Translations under genes and position numbers: made by a program
Notes under the pieces: generated by a model
Told to the model about the DNA's origin: nothing
What the model saw: only the letters and a program-made list of their open reading frames with translations
Database searches by the model: none
Part shown: positions 9,630 through 22,153 of the stretch, one piece after another
Layout of the letters: each line of letters starts with the position of its first letter
Numbering within the stretch: position 1 is the stretch's first letter
Assembly: GCA_945862285.1 (NCBI GenBank)
Contig: CAMAYN010000001.1
Coordinates: forward strand, 1-61,990
DNA length: 61,990 bases
Direction of reading: 5' to 3'
DNA from: Akkermansia muciniphila
GTDB lineage: Bacteria; Verrucomicrobiota; Verrucomicrobiia; Verrucomicrobiales; Akkermansiaceae

Positions 9630-10519
9630 TGGTCGCCTCCTTTCGCTGCGGGTGATTGTTCCGAGATTTCAGGAGAAATGGGACTTTCTGGAATCCAATA
9701 GCGGATGGTGATATCGGGCGAAGGGTCTGGCGGGTTCGCTTTTAATGCAGCGGCACGACGAGCATTCTCCAATGAAATCCGTTGGTATTCTGCGATAAAG
9801 CTTTTTCGGTGTTTTTTGTATAGCTCATGGAGGCCCTCAACAGCGGCCAAATCCTCTGGTGCCGGGTTCCCCGAAACAATCGTGAACGAAGGCTTCGCCG
9901 CCGCATTGCGGGGGAGTTCTGGTATGGTGGGAGCTACGTATTCGCGCTGCATGTTGCGAGCTTGTTGTGCCATTTTCGCACTGCTTTGATAATTCATCGC
10001 AAACATCACGCTGTGCTGGGTTTGTGCTTTGTTGAATGACTGGATGTGGGCGAAGTGACGGAAATCAACATTCGACCAAGCTTCGTAAAACTCCACGGGT
10101 GTCTTACCTTGGCTTGTCCATTTGATATGGCTACGAGTGAGGGATTTTTCATCGTCTCGAAAAACAGTGCATGAAAACATCGTGAATCGCGTTGTCATCG
10201 CCTGGGCTGCACGTGCCGTTTGATCTTCTGCTGAAAGTTGGGATTGTTGCTTTGGCTCGGGCTTGGGCAAGGGGTCGAGCTTTTTCGATTTCAACTCTTC
10301 AATTGTGAATGTCTGCTCAGGTCGGACAACGACGCGTCGGCTGACAATGTCTGCGGCATCAATTTGTAATTCTACAGCGGGAACTGCCGCCACCTCCGCA
10401 GTTACAGGAGATGGCGGAATGAGCTGTGCTTCGGATGTTGGCGTTACTTGCGCATGTGTCACACTTGTAACGTAGCCACTAAACAAAATCGTTACGATAC
10501 TTTGCAATTTCTTGTTCAT
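9626..10519 (-). CDS. Conserved secreted hypothetical protein (module copy 1, gene A)
   Basis: Signal peptide; paralog of 45655..46557 (shared WTSQGKTP.EFYEAWSNV, GLHELY, ENARRAAAL.ANPPDP, IRYW); ATGA overlap with the downstream gene. Alternative TTG start at 10528. Confidence 0.8.
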   Translation of the reverse strand: MNKKLQSIVTILFSGYVTSVTHAQVTPTSEAQLIPPSPVTAEVAAVPAVELQIDAADIVSRRVVVRPEQTFTIEELKSKKLDPLPKPEPKQQSQLSAEDQTARAAQAMTTRFTMFSCTVFRDDEKSLTRSHIKWTSQGKTPVEFYEAWSNVDFRHFAHIQSFNKAQTQHSVMFAMNYQSSAKMAQQARNMQREYVAPTIPELPRNAAAKPSFTIVSGNPAPEDLAAVEGLHELYKKHRKSFIAEYQRISLENARRAAALKANPPDPSPDITIRYWIPESPISPEISEQSPAAKGGDQ

Positions 10520-10627
10520 ATACTTCAATTAAAAAAAACGAAATTTCATCATTTGGCAAATTCTAACATAAAATATTTTTCGGGCTTGCTATTTGCAAAA
10601 AAGCAACAATAAGACTTTGATGTTCCA

Positions 10628-12415
10628 TTACTGATGCATCTCGCACCATTCTTGCCATGCTTGCGTAAGAATTTGTTCGAAGTTTCGAGTGAAATCCATT
10701 TGGTCGTAGAGTTTGCTCTGCATCATAGCGCTACGCGAGGACTGGCGCATTTCATCCAATCGCTGGACATCGCTCGCTAATTTTTCCGCAATATCGACAT
10801 ACTGATCAGGATTTTTTGCAATCAGTTCTTCTCTTCCCAACAGGGTATTGATGACAAATCCGACACGAGAGACGTGTGTGGCTCCTTCCAATGTAATAAC
10901 GGGCAGTCCTTGCCAAATTGCTTCGCAGGTCGTTGTCGTGCCATTGTAGGGGAATGGGTCTAAGGCAATATCCATCTCATGGTAGAGTTGCAAATGCTTG
11001 CTCGTTTCATGCTCTCGCCCCATGATTTTCACCCGCGACGGTGCGATTCCACGGGATTGTAATTGGGATAATAATTGGTCGTGTACCTGCTTGTCAGAAA
11101 AGCCGTGTGCTTTGATGAGTAATCGAGAATGGGCAACACGATGGAGAATTTTACTCCAAGTATCTAGCACATGATCGTTAATTTTATTGTAGGTGTTAAA
11201 CGATCCGAAAGTGATATAACCATTTTTTAATGCGGGCGATGGTCCGACAGCGATGTTGTATGACGGTGGATGGAAGCACCATGTCGAAGTCGGCAGTCGT
11301 AAAAGTTTTTCTGAGTAATGCGATTCCGTCATTCCTACGGGGTCAGACAGTGCATCAGTAATACGATAATCGCACTCCTTAAGCCCTGTGGAAAAGGGGT
11401 AGCCAAGATACGTCATCTGAAGAGGCGCGGCACGTAATGCGAGGATGCGACAGCGGTTTTCTGAGGTGTGTCCGGCAAGGTCGATGAGTATGTCGATGCC
11501 ATCATCGATGATCATTTGTGCGGCTTTCTGATCGTCAAGGGGGATGATGTTGCGCCAGTTGACATCGTAGGTTTGCAATCTCTTTGTTGTTTCATCTGGA
11601 TTGACGACATTGGCGTAGCAAAAAATTTCAAATTTTGTGCGATCCATATTGCGCAGTAATGGTTCGATGAAGTAGGTGACCGAGTGCAAGCGGAAATCGG
11701 GCGAAATCAAGCCTGCTTTGATGCGTTTCGCTGCGTCGGGCTTGTTGGTGTGATGGCGAAAAATCGATTCGGGATGGATACTCTTCTCGAATTCACGGGC
11801 CCATGCGATATGTTCATCACGAACAAAAATGGGATCGAGATCTTTTAAAAACCCGACGTCGCGAAGATAATTATCAGCGGCGGCTTTGTGATTTGGATCA
11901 ATCGTGCAAGCTTGCTTATGCGCGGCCATCGCATCAGTGATGTGCCCTGTTTCCTGCATGATATTCGCCCAGTTCGAGAGGGCACCGGCGTTTAAGGAGT
12001 CGTGTTCGATGGCCCTCTTAAACGCGTCTGCGGATTCTAAAATTTTCCCCTGTATATAAAGGGCATTGCCGAGATTATTCCATAAACCAGAACAAGTAGG
12101 GTCGTTTGTCAGTCCCTGACGAGCGGCATTCTCCGCATCCAGAACGAGTGTCAGGCCTAAATAGATGCCGGAAAGATTGATCCAAAACAAACTCGGGGTA
12201 TTGGGGTGGGAGAGTTTAATCGCTTGCTGAATTAATTGTATCGCGACAGTATTTTTCCCCACGTGTGAGGCAAGCAATCCCAGAAGGTGCATGGCATCCG
12301 TTTGATACGGATCAAAGGTCAACACCTGCCGGTACAGCGCCTCTGCTTCCTTTAGCTTGCCTTCTTGATGATATTGGACGGCTAGGTCCATTGCTCCTTG
12401 AATCGTCATTTCCAT
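10628..12415 (-). CDS. TPR-containing O-GlcNAc transferase-like protein (GT41, SPINDLY family)
   Basis: N-terminal TPRs; SPDFRLHSV, DILIDLAGHT, TYLGYP, FGSFN..NKI and DIALDPFPYNGTTTTCEA motifs. The ORF can extend to 12445. Confidence 0.9.
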   Translation of the reverse strand: MEMTIQGAMDLAVQYHQEGKLKEAEALYRQVLTFDPYQTDAMHLLGLLASHVGKNTVAIQLIQQAIKLSHPNTPSLFWINLSGIYLGLTLVLDAENAARQGLTNDPTCSGLWNNLGNALYIQGKILESADAFKRAIEHDSLNAGALSNWANIMQETGHITDAMAAHKQACTIDPNHKAAADNYLRDVGFLKDLDPIFVRDEHIAWAREFEKSIHPESIFRHHTNKPDAAKRIKAGLISPDFRLHSVTYFIEPLLRNMDRTKFEIFCYANVVNPDETTKRLQTYDVNWRNIIPLDDQKAAQMIIDDGIDILIDLAGHTSENRCRILALRAAPLQMTYLGYPFSTGLKECDYRITDALSDPVGMTESHYSEKLLRLPTSTWCFHPPSYNIAVGPSPALKNGYITFGSFNTYNKINDHVLDTWSKILHRVAHSRLLIKAHGFSDKQVHDQLLSQLQSRGIAPSRVKIMGREHETSKHLQLYHEMDIALDPFPYNGTTTTCEAIWQGLPVITLEGATHVSRVGFVINTLLGREELIAKNPDQYVDIAEKLASDVQRLDEMRQSSRSAMMQSKLYDQMDFTRNFEQILTQAWQEWCEMHQ

Positions 12416-12460
12416 GCGCCGCGAGCATAAGTCGATGATCGGCACAAGGGAATCAATTTT

Positions 12461-15391
<2,931 letters not shown>

Positions 15392-15520
15392 TTAGCGAGG
15401 CAGGAAACTTTTTACGAGGAAACAATTTGTGATTCCTAGCGGTTGGTGGGTTTTTCGTGAGTAAATTTTATGAAAAACGTGTTTGTGACGATGCCAGAAG
15501 TCACAGCGTCCGCGAGGTGG

Positions 15521-15739
15521 TCAATCGAAAAGAATCCAATCGATCATCCATCCGACACAGCGGGGGAAGAAGAAACCAAGTAGGGCACCAACGATGAGAC
15601 CAATGACCGCCAGCATGATGACTCCCTTGTAACCCTCTAAGGGGAAGCCCGAGAATGCGAAGTAATAAGCCAGCGGCACGATAACACTACATAAAATGGC
15701 CGCGATGATTGAGACGAGGATTCTTTTGCTGAGATTCAT
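15521..15739 (-). CDS. Small two-TM membrane protein
   Basis: 72-aa ORF with two hydrophobic helices, co-oriented with its neighbours. Confidence 0.6.
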   Translation of the reverse strand: MNLSKRILVSIIAAILCSVIVPLAYYFAFSGFPLEGYKGVIMLAVIGLIVGALLGFFFPRCVGWMIDWILFD

Positions 15740-15795
15740 GATCGTGAAGTTAGGGGAATGTATGATATTGTAGCAACGGAGCTGTCTGCTTGCCT

Positions 15796-16156
15796 ATTTC
15801 CGATTTTGGAAGGTGGCAAACAGACGTCTGCTGAGGCATTTCCGATTTTGGAAATAGGCAAACAGACGTCTGCTGGGGCATTTCCGATTTTGGAAGATGG
15901 CAAACAGACGTCTGCTGGGGCATTTCCGATTTTGGAAATAGGCAAACAGACGTCTGCTGGGGCATTTCCGATTTTGGAAATAGGCAAACAGACGTCTGCT
16001 GAGGCATTTCCGATTTTGGAAATAGGCAAACAGACGTCTGCGGGGGCATTTCCGATTTTGGAAGATGGCAAACAGGCGTGTGCTGAGGCATTTGTGATTT
16101 TACAAAGTGGCAAACACACTTGTGCTGAGGCATTTGTGATTTTACAAGGTGGCAAA
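15796..16156. repeat. Tandem array of ~8.5 x 42-bp units, each with two internal palindromes
   Basis: Unit ATTTCCGATTTTGGAAATAGGCAAACAGACGTCTGCTG(A/G)GGC recurs every 42 bp from 15796; the last two copies are divergent. Confidence 0.95.
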
Positions 16157-16170
16157 AATGCTAGGACGCT

Positions 16171-19100
16171 TCATGAAAACGATGAAGTAGGTGATTTTTT
16201 CGTGAGCAAATTCCAGAGATTCGTCAGCCGGAGCATGGCGGAATGGCTGATCAAATAAATCGAGGGAATCAGAAAGAGCGTGATCAAGGTAGAGAAAAGC
16301 ACGCCGAAGGCAATGGAGATGGCCATGGGCCGAAGGAACTGATTTTGCAGGGATTCATCCAGCATGGAGGGCACCATGCCGACGAAGGTGGTGAGCGAGG
16401 TAAGCAGGATGGGGCGAAAGCGTTTCACTCCCGATTCAATGACGGCATCCCAGACGCTCATGCCGTTGGCACGATGTTGGTTAATGAAATCCATCATGAC
16501 GATGGCGTTGTTGACGACGATGCCGGAGACGGCGAGAATGCCAAAGGCGGAGAGGAAAGACGGCGTCACATCCATAACAATGTGGCCGACGAGTGCGCCA
16601 ATGACACCAAAGGGAATGGATACCATAACGAAAAGTGGCTGGACGAGGGATTTGAAGGGAATCATCAGCAACGCGTAAAGGGCAATTAAAATGGCGGCTC
16701 CACCCACGAAAAGGCGGGTTTTGGTTTCGCCATGCTCAGCGATGTAACCAGTGAATTTCCATGACAAGGTAGGATGATCGACGATGAGGGCATCGAGCTT
16801 CGCTTGCGCATCATTGGCGATGCTGGTGATGTCCACAGTTTTGTCTTCGGCCTGGGCCCAGATGGTGACGGCCTGCATGCCATCGCTGCGATCAATTTCT
16901 GCGCGGGCTTTGCCGAAACTGACATCGGCAACGGTAGTAAGAGGAGCTTCACCGCCGTTGGGAATCTTGATGCGCATGGTTTCGAGGGTATGGAGGGATT
17001 CGCGTTGATCACGCGGGAGACGCACCATGACGCGAATATCATCAATCTCGCGTTGCACACGTTGGGCTTGCTCGCCGAAGAAGGACGAGCGGACTTGACG
17101 CGCTAGCTCTCGCTGCGTAAGGCCAAGCGCTTCGCCTTCGGGGCGAATGGTGGCGATGAGTTCATCGCGATTTTGCCCGAGATCGTTGCCGGCGGAGGTA
17201 ATTCCTTCGTAGGAGCGGAGTAGGTTAGCGATGTCATCAGCGAGTTTATCCCGAGCTTCCGAACCAGGGCCGCGGAGTTGGATTTTTAATGATTCTTCAC
17301 CACTACCGCCGCCGCCGCGTGAGCCGCGTCCGGAATCGACAGTGATGTAGAAAGATTGCGCGCTGCTGGTATCGCCACAGAGTTCTTTCCAGCGTTTGAT
17401 GAGAGCGCGGGTATCGGGATGTGCGGTGGTGCGGTCGGCGCTATCGATCACTGTCATGATGACGAAGCCCGAGCGGGGATCGACCCAAGGCATGCCAGGC
17501 CAACCGCCAGCGGAGCCGAGGACATCAAGGACGACGGATTTTCCGGTGGCGGGGTCGGTGAATTCTTTGCGCAATTGCTCGGCGGCTTTTTCGCAGCGCA
17601 GCACGAGTTCGTTCGTGTCCTTCACTTGCGCCGTTCGCGGCATGGTGAAATTGACAAAAAGTCGATTTTTTTCGAGATTCGGCATGGAAACGAAGCCGAG
17701 TCGTCCGCTGGTAATCAGGGCGACTGATGCGAGTGACATGGCGATGAAAAAGGCGACGCTGGCGTAGCGATGGCGCGCCGTGAAGGTGGCGAGGCGGCGG
17801 AAGTGGGTTTCGATCAGGTATTCTAGGCCATCGGCAATCCATTTTTGGAGGCGTGCAAAGCCTTGCGGGTTGGCGGGTAGGGGTTTTAAGTATTTGAGAT
17901 GACTCGGCAGACTCAGCTTTGCCTCAATCAGGGAGAATAGTAAAATCGCAGCGATGATGGGCGGTACCTGACTGGCGAATTGGCCGTAAAAGCCCTCAAA
18001 GAACATCAAAGGCAAGAATGAAACAATCGTGGTCAGTGAACCGAAGGTCACGGGCATGGCGATTTCCTCTGTGCCAGCGATGGCGGCTTGTTCCGGATCC
18101 ATGCCTTCGGACATTTTGGAATAGATATTTTCCGAGGTCACGATGGCATCATCGACGATCAAGCCTACGGCGATGATGAAGGCAAAAATGGTCATGACGT
18201 TGAGGGTCAAGCCCATCATCGGCATGACCCAAAGAGTGCCAGCAAAGGAAATGGGAATGCCAATTAACACCCAGAGAGCAATGGCGGGACGCAAAAACAG
18301 CCCTAGGACGATAATGACCAGCAGGCATCCTTGGAGCAGTGTGGAGAGTAGGGAATTGAGGCGGCCTTTGAGTTCGATGCTGCTATCGTCCCAAATGTGC
18401 AGGGTGACACCACTGGGGAATTTCGCTTTGGATTCGGTGACGTATTTTTTGACACTTTCGGCAATTTGCAGGGCACTTTCATTATTGAGGCGTAATACCT
18501 CGACGAGTAGGCAGGGTTTGCCGTTGAAGCGGAGAATTTTCCGCACTTCCTCGAAGCCATCGGTGACGCGGGCGACGTCGCTGAGTTTGACTTGTGATCC
18601 TTGGGAATTGCGCACGACGATGTCGGAAAAATCTTCTTGGGTGAAGGCTTGACCACTGGTGCGGATCATCAAATATCCTTCGGACGTTTGAATTTGCCCT
18701 GCGGGGAGATCGAGTGAAGAACGGCGGATGGCTTCGGCAAGATCGAGGTAGGTGAGGCCGTAGTCACGCAGGCGAGCGGGATCGGCCTCGATGGAGATCT
18801 CCACGGGTGAGTCGCCCTGCAGTTCTGCTTGGCTGATGCCGGGTAATGCGGTGAGGTCATCGCGCACACGTCGAGCAGCTTTCAAGAGGTCAGCTTCGTC
18901 CATTTCCCCGGTGATGGCGACTTTTATGACGTCGAACCATTTGGCACTGTTAGGGATTTCTAACTTCGGTGGTTCTACTTCTGCGGGGAATGTGGTGATT
19001 CCTTGAATGAGTGGGCGGAGTTCTTCGATGAGCTTTTCCGGGGTGGTCAACTGATTTGCCGTGACGATGATACGGGCGGTGCCGTAATTTGCCTCCGATT

Positions 19101-19338
19101 CGATTTCGGCAATGCTCGGGAGATTTTTAATCGCCCGTTCGATGGGGATGACCACGGCGCGCTCGACATCGGCAGGCGTTGCACCTCGGTAGGAAACATT
19201 GATGCGGACTTCATCGAAGCGATATTCGGGATTCACTTCGAGTGGGACTTTTTTCCATGCCGAATACGCGCCTAAAAGCACGATAATCACAACCAGGAGA
19301 TTGGCTGTTAGGTGATTTCGGGCAAACCAGGCGATCAT
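16171..19338 (-). CDS. RND family efflux transporter permease subunit (AcrB/AcrD/AcrF family)
   Basis: 1055 aa; VDDAIV.SENI, VNNAIV and RFRPILLTSLTT motifs; 12-TM layout. Confidence 0.92.
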   Translation of the reverse strand: MIAWFARNHLTANLLVVIIVLLGAYSAWKKVPLEVNPEYRFDEVRINVSYRGATPADVERAVVIPIERAIKNLPSIAEIESEANYGTARIIVTANQLTTPEKLIEELRPLIQGITTFPAEVEPPKLEIPNSAKWFDVIKVAITGEMDEADLLKAARRVRDDLTALPGISQAELQGDSPVEISIEADPARLRDYGLTYLDLAEAIRRSSLDLPAGQIQTSEGYLMIRTSGQAFTQEDFSDIVVRNSQGSQVKLSDVARVTDGFEEVRKILRFNGKPCLLVEVLRLNNESALQIAESVKKYVTESKAKFPSGVTLHIWDDSSIELKGRLNSLLSTLLQGCLLVIIVLGLFLRPAIALWVLIGIPISFAGTLWVMPMMGLTLNVMTIFAFIIAVGLIVDDAIVTSENIYSKMSEGMDPEQAAIAGTEEIAMPVTFGSLTTIVSFLPLMFFEGFYGQFASQVPPIIAAILLFSLIEAKLSLPSHLKYLKPLPANPQGFARLQKWIADGLEYLIETHFRRLATFTARHRYASVAFFIAMSLASVALITSGRLGFVSMPNLEKNRLFVNFTMPRTAQVKDTNELVLRCEKAAEQLRKEFTDPATGKSVVLDVLGSAGGWPGMPWVDPRSGFVIMTVIDSADRTTAHPDTRALIKRWKELCGDTSSAQSFYITVDSGRGSRGGGGSGEESLKIQLRGPGSEARDKLADDIANLLRSYEGITSAGNDLGQNRDELIATIRPEGEALGLTQRELARQVRSSFFGEQAQRVQREIDDIRVMVRLPRDQRESLHTLETMRIKIPNGGEAPLTTVADVSFGKARAEIDRSDGMQAVTIWAQAEDKTVDITSIANDAQAKLDALIVDHPTLSWKFTGYIAEHGETKTRLFVGGAAILIALYALLMIPFKSLVQPLFVMVSIPFGVIGALVGHIVMDVTPSFLSAFGILAVSGIVVNNAIVMMDFINQHRANGMSVWDAVIESGVKRFRPILLTSLTTFVGMVPSMLDESLQNQFLRPMAISIAFGVLFSTLITLFLIPSIYLISHSAMLRLTNLWNLLTKKSPTSSFS

Positions 19339-19402
19339 AGGGAAATTGTTAGGATGAAGAGCTAGCCGATATACTTGAACATTGCCGCAGAGCTTTCATG
19401 GA

Positions 19403-21028
19403 TTAGAGCTTTTTCAGCCATGGGATGCGCCGTTTGATCATTTGCAGGCAATCGTGAGCTTCGCGCACGCCGAGCACATAACAAAGTCCGAAATAGACCG
19501 CAGCAAGCGCCGCAACGACAAGAATGACGATCGATAATCTGATCAAATAGCTACTGCCGCTCACTTGGTTGAAGACGTGTTGATTAGCCAACCATGCGAG
19601 TTCGGCCATGACAAAGGCGGCCACTAGACAGCGCCACAGGGTGTTCCAGACATTTTTGGTATGAAGATTTTTTGCGTAGCGATGGAGCAGCGCATACAAG
19701 ATCGTAAAATTCAGAACGGCAATCAAGCTCGTTGTGCAGGCGAGCGAGCGGTAGCCCCATCCTAAAACACGAATGAAATACCAATTGCAGACAAAATTTA
19801 CCGCAATCGAGCCAAAGCTCACTGCCATGGGAATCCATCTTTTATCAATCGCGTAATACGCCGGTTGGACAATTTTCATCCAACTGTAAAACAATAAACC
19901 GATGGCGTAGGCTTGCAGCGCGTAGGCGATCATGTTTGTTAGATCCGTATTCGGAAAAACCGCTTTCGTCAGTGGCAGTGCAAGGAAGCCCAAGCCAACG
20001 GCGCAGGGTAGCACGAGGATGGCGACCATTTTGAGCCCGCGATTCAACATCGCTGCAAATTCGTCCCCGATACCGCCAATCGCCGCTCGCGACATCGCGG
20101 GTAAGGTCACGGTAGCAATGGCAACGCCAAACACGCCAATGGGAAGTTGCATTAAGCGAAAGGCGTAACTCAAAGCACTGACGCCGCCCGCTTCCGCACT
20201 CGCCGCAAATGCAGCATTGACGACAACATTTACTTGCACGGCACTCGCCGCAATCACCGCAGGTATCATCAGGCTCAGGACTTTTTTCACACTACTATCC
20301 CGCCAGTCAAAGTCCCAGCGCGGGCGAAATCCCACTTTCTTCAGCGAAGGAAATTGCACCACAAGTTGCCCCAAGCCACCAATCAGCACGCCGATGCTGA
20401 TGCCGATCAAGCTCTTAAACCCCCATGTAGGGTCAATCAGCCAGCCGAGGAGTCCGCCTCCGATGATGCAGCCGAGATTAAAAAAGCACGATGCCAACGC
20501 AGGCATACCAAAAACGTTTTTCGCATTCAAAACCCCCATCACTAATGCCGCGAGACTCACAACTAGGATGAAGGGATACATGATGCGGGCAAAGAGAATG
20601 ATCCACTCTCGCTCGACCGACCCGTAGGCTTGGCTCGATGCCATTAAAATAAAGTCAACAATCCACGGCGCTACGAGAATCCCTAACAACGAAATCACAC
20701 TCATCGCGACGGTGGCGAGAGTCATGATTTTATTCGCGAGCTTCCATGCCGATCTCTCGCCTTCGACTTGGAGTTTTTTGACAAATGTCGTTACGAACGC
20801 TTGGGATAGCGCGCCTTCGGCAAAGAGATCGCGCAGTAAATTGGGGATTTTAAAAGCGAGATTAAAACAATCGGAGAGAATCTTTTTTGACTCATCGCCA
20901 AATAAATAAATCATGAAAGCATCCCGCGCCATGCCGAGCACTCGACTCGCCATCACCGCAAGACCAATCTTGCCCGTCGCTGCGGCAGCTTGACGATTGC
21001 TTTCAGATTGACGCGGCGAGTCGGCCAT
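19403..21028 (-). CDS. murJ: Lipid II flippase MurJ (MviN)
   Basis: SRVLGMARD, AFKIPNLLRDLFAEGALS and YAFRLMQLPIGVFG motifs. Confidence 0.93.
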   Translation of the reverse strand: MADSPRQSESNRQAAAATGKIGLAVMASRVLGMARDAFMIYLFGDESKKILSDCFNLAFKIPNLLRDLFAEGALSQAFVTTFVKKLQVEGERSAWKLANKIMTLATVAMSVISLLGILVAPWIVDFILMASSQAYGSVEREWIILFARIMYPFILVVSLAALVMGVLNAKNVFGMPALASCFFNLGCIIGGGLLGWLIDPTWGFKSLIGISIGVLIGGLGQLVVQFPSLKKVGFRPRWDFDWRDSSVKKVLSLMIPAVIAASAVQVNVVVNAAFAASAEAGGVSALSYAFRLMQLPIGVFGVAIATVTLPAMSRAAIGGIGDEFAAMLNRGLKMVAILVLPCAVGLGFLALPLTKAVFPNTDLTNMIAYALQAYAIGLLFYSWMKIVQPAYYAIDKRWIPMAVSFGSIAVNFVCNWYFIRVLGWGYRSLACTTSLIAVLNFTILYALLHRYAKNLHTKNVWNTLWRCLVAAFVMAELAWLANQHVFNQVSGSSYLIRLSIVILVVAALAAVYFGLCYVLGVREAHDCLQMIKRRIPWLKKL

Positions 21029-22035
21029 TAGCGGCGGCATTTTTCTAGTAAGGAATCCAAGAAATAGGCAATCTGGTGGAGTGCCTGCGAGCTTTCATTT
21101 TCAGGAAGAATGCGCAAGTCATCATGGCATTGTCCGAGAAGATCTTTCGCAGTATCGATGGCTCGTTCCACTGCACCTTCATATTCCGCAATGCCGACTA
21201 ACACCGGAAGATCGAGGGGTTGCTGATTGATGATGCGGGCGGTAAGTTTCATGCGCTGGGCATCACTTGCCGACTCTAACAAATTCAAAATCGGTAAAGT
21301 CAATTTTCCTTTTTCCAAATCCGTGCGCAACGTTTTCCCCACGGTTTCTTCGACACCGACGAGGTCGAGACAATCATCGTAAATTTGATAAACGGCACCA
21401 AGGCGCAAGCCGTAGTTGTAGAGTTGTTGCTCGGTTTTTTCATCAGCACCAGAGAGCTTGGCCGACAAGCCACAGGCCGCAGCAAAAAGGGCTCCCGTTT
21501 TCATTTCCATGATTTGGAAATATTCGTCTTTTGTCAGTGTCAGATCGAATCGACGTTGCGTTTGCATGATTTCCCCTTGGCAAACTTCCCGCGAGGCGTG
21601 CCCCACTTTGCGGCAAATATCGATCGAATCAAAATCCGTGGCGAGCGAGAGTGCATGAGAGAAAAGCGCATCGCCGAGGAGCACGGATAGGCCATTTCCC
21701 CACTTGGCATTCGCCGTGGGCACCATGCGGCGAGTCGAAGCTCCATCGATGATGTCATCATGCACTAGAGTGGCCATGTGAATCAGTTCTAGGATCACGC
21801 CGATCTTTAAATGATCATCATTCACCTCGCCAAGCGCGCCGCCAGTGAGAATGGCTAAAGCGGGGCGAATTCGCTTTCCCGAAGTATTGCAAACATAGGA
21901 AACATACGGTTCGACCATGGGGTCAAAGGCACGAACTTGTTCACGAATGGAAACTTCTACTTTTTCTAAGTGCGGGCGCACAAGTTCAAAGGGAAACGAA
22001 TCTTTACGTCCGGGATTCTGAGTGATGGCAGGCAT
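21028..22035 (-). CDS. Polyprenyl diphosphate synthase (IspB/HepT-like)
   Basis: GKRIRP, HMATLVHDDIID (FARM), KTGALF and QIYDD (SARM). Confidence 0.92.
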   Translation of the reverse strand: MPAITQNPGRKDSFPFELVRPHLEKVEVSIREQVRAFDPMVEPYVSYVCNTSGKRIRPALAILTGGALGEVNDDHLKIGVILELIHMATLVHDDIIDGASTRRMVPTANAKWGNGLSVLLGDALFSHALSLATDFDSIDICRKVGHASREVCQGEIMQTQRRFDLTLTKDEYFQIMEMKTGALFAAACGLSAKLSGADEKTEQQLYNYGLRLGAVYQIYDDCLDLVGVEETVGKTLRTDLEKGKLTLPILNLLESASDAQRMKLTARIINQQPLDLPVLVGIAEYEGAVERAIDTAKDLLGQCHDDLRILPENESSQALHQIAYFLDSLLEKCRR

Positions 22036-22093
22036 GAATGGAGTGAAATACCATTCCACAGGAAGCATTTACTTGCAAGTGGATAAATTCTAC

Positions 22094-22129
22094 AAAAAAC
22101 AGGCGAACCTTTTGTTGGTTCGCCTGTTT
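22094..22129 (-). terminator. Rho-independent terminator of the pilus-like operon
   Basis: AAACAGGCGAACC-N7-GGTTCGCCTGTTT hairpin ending in a T-run on the minus strand, ~25 bp after the secretin stop. Confidence 0.8.
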
Positions 22130-22153
22130 GAGTGATTTTTAAATTACTGGGGT

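Noticed and set aside
15736..16258. Repeat-peptide ORFs (139, 127 and 166 aa) across the 42-bp array
   Set aside because: Open in three frames simply because the unit lacks stops there, and the covarying palindromes favour a nucleic-acid role. Translation cannot be fully excluded, since one ORF ends in an ATGA overlap with the 72-aa gene.
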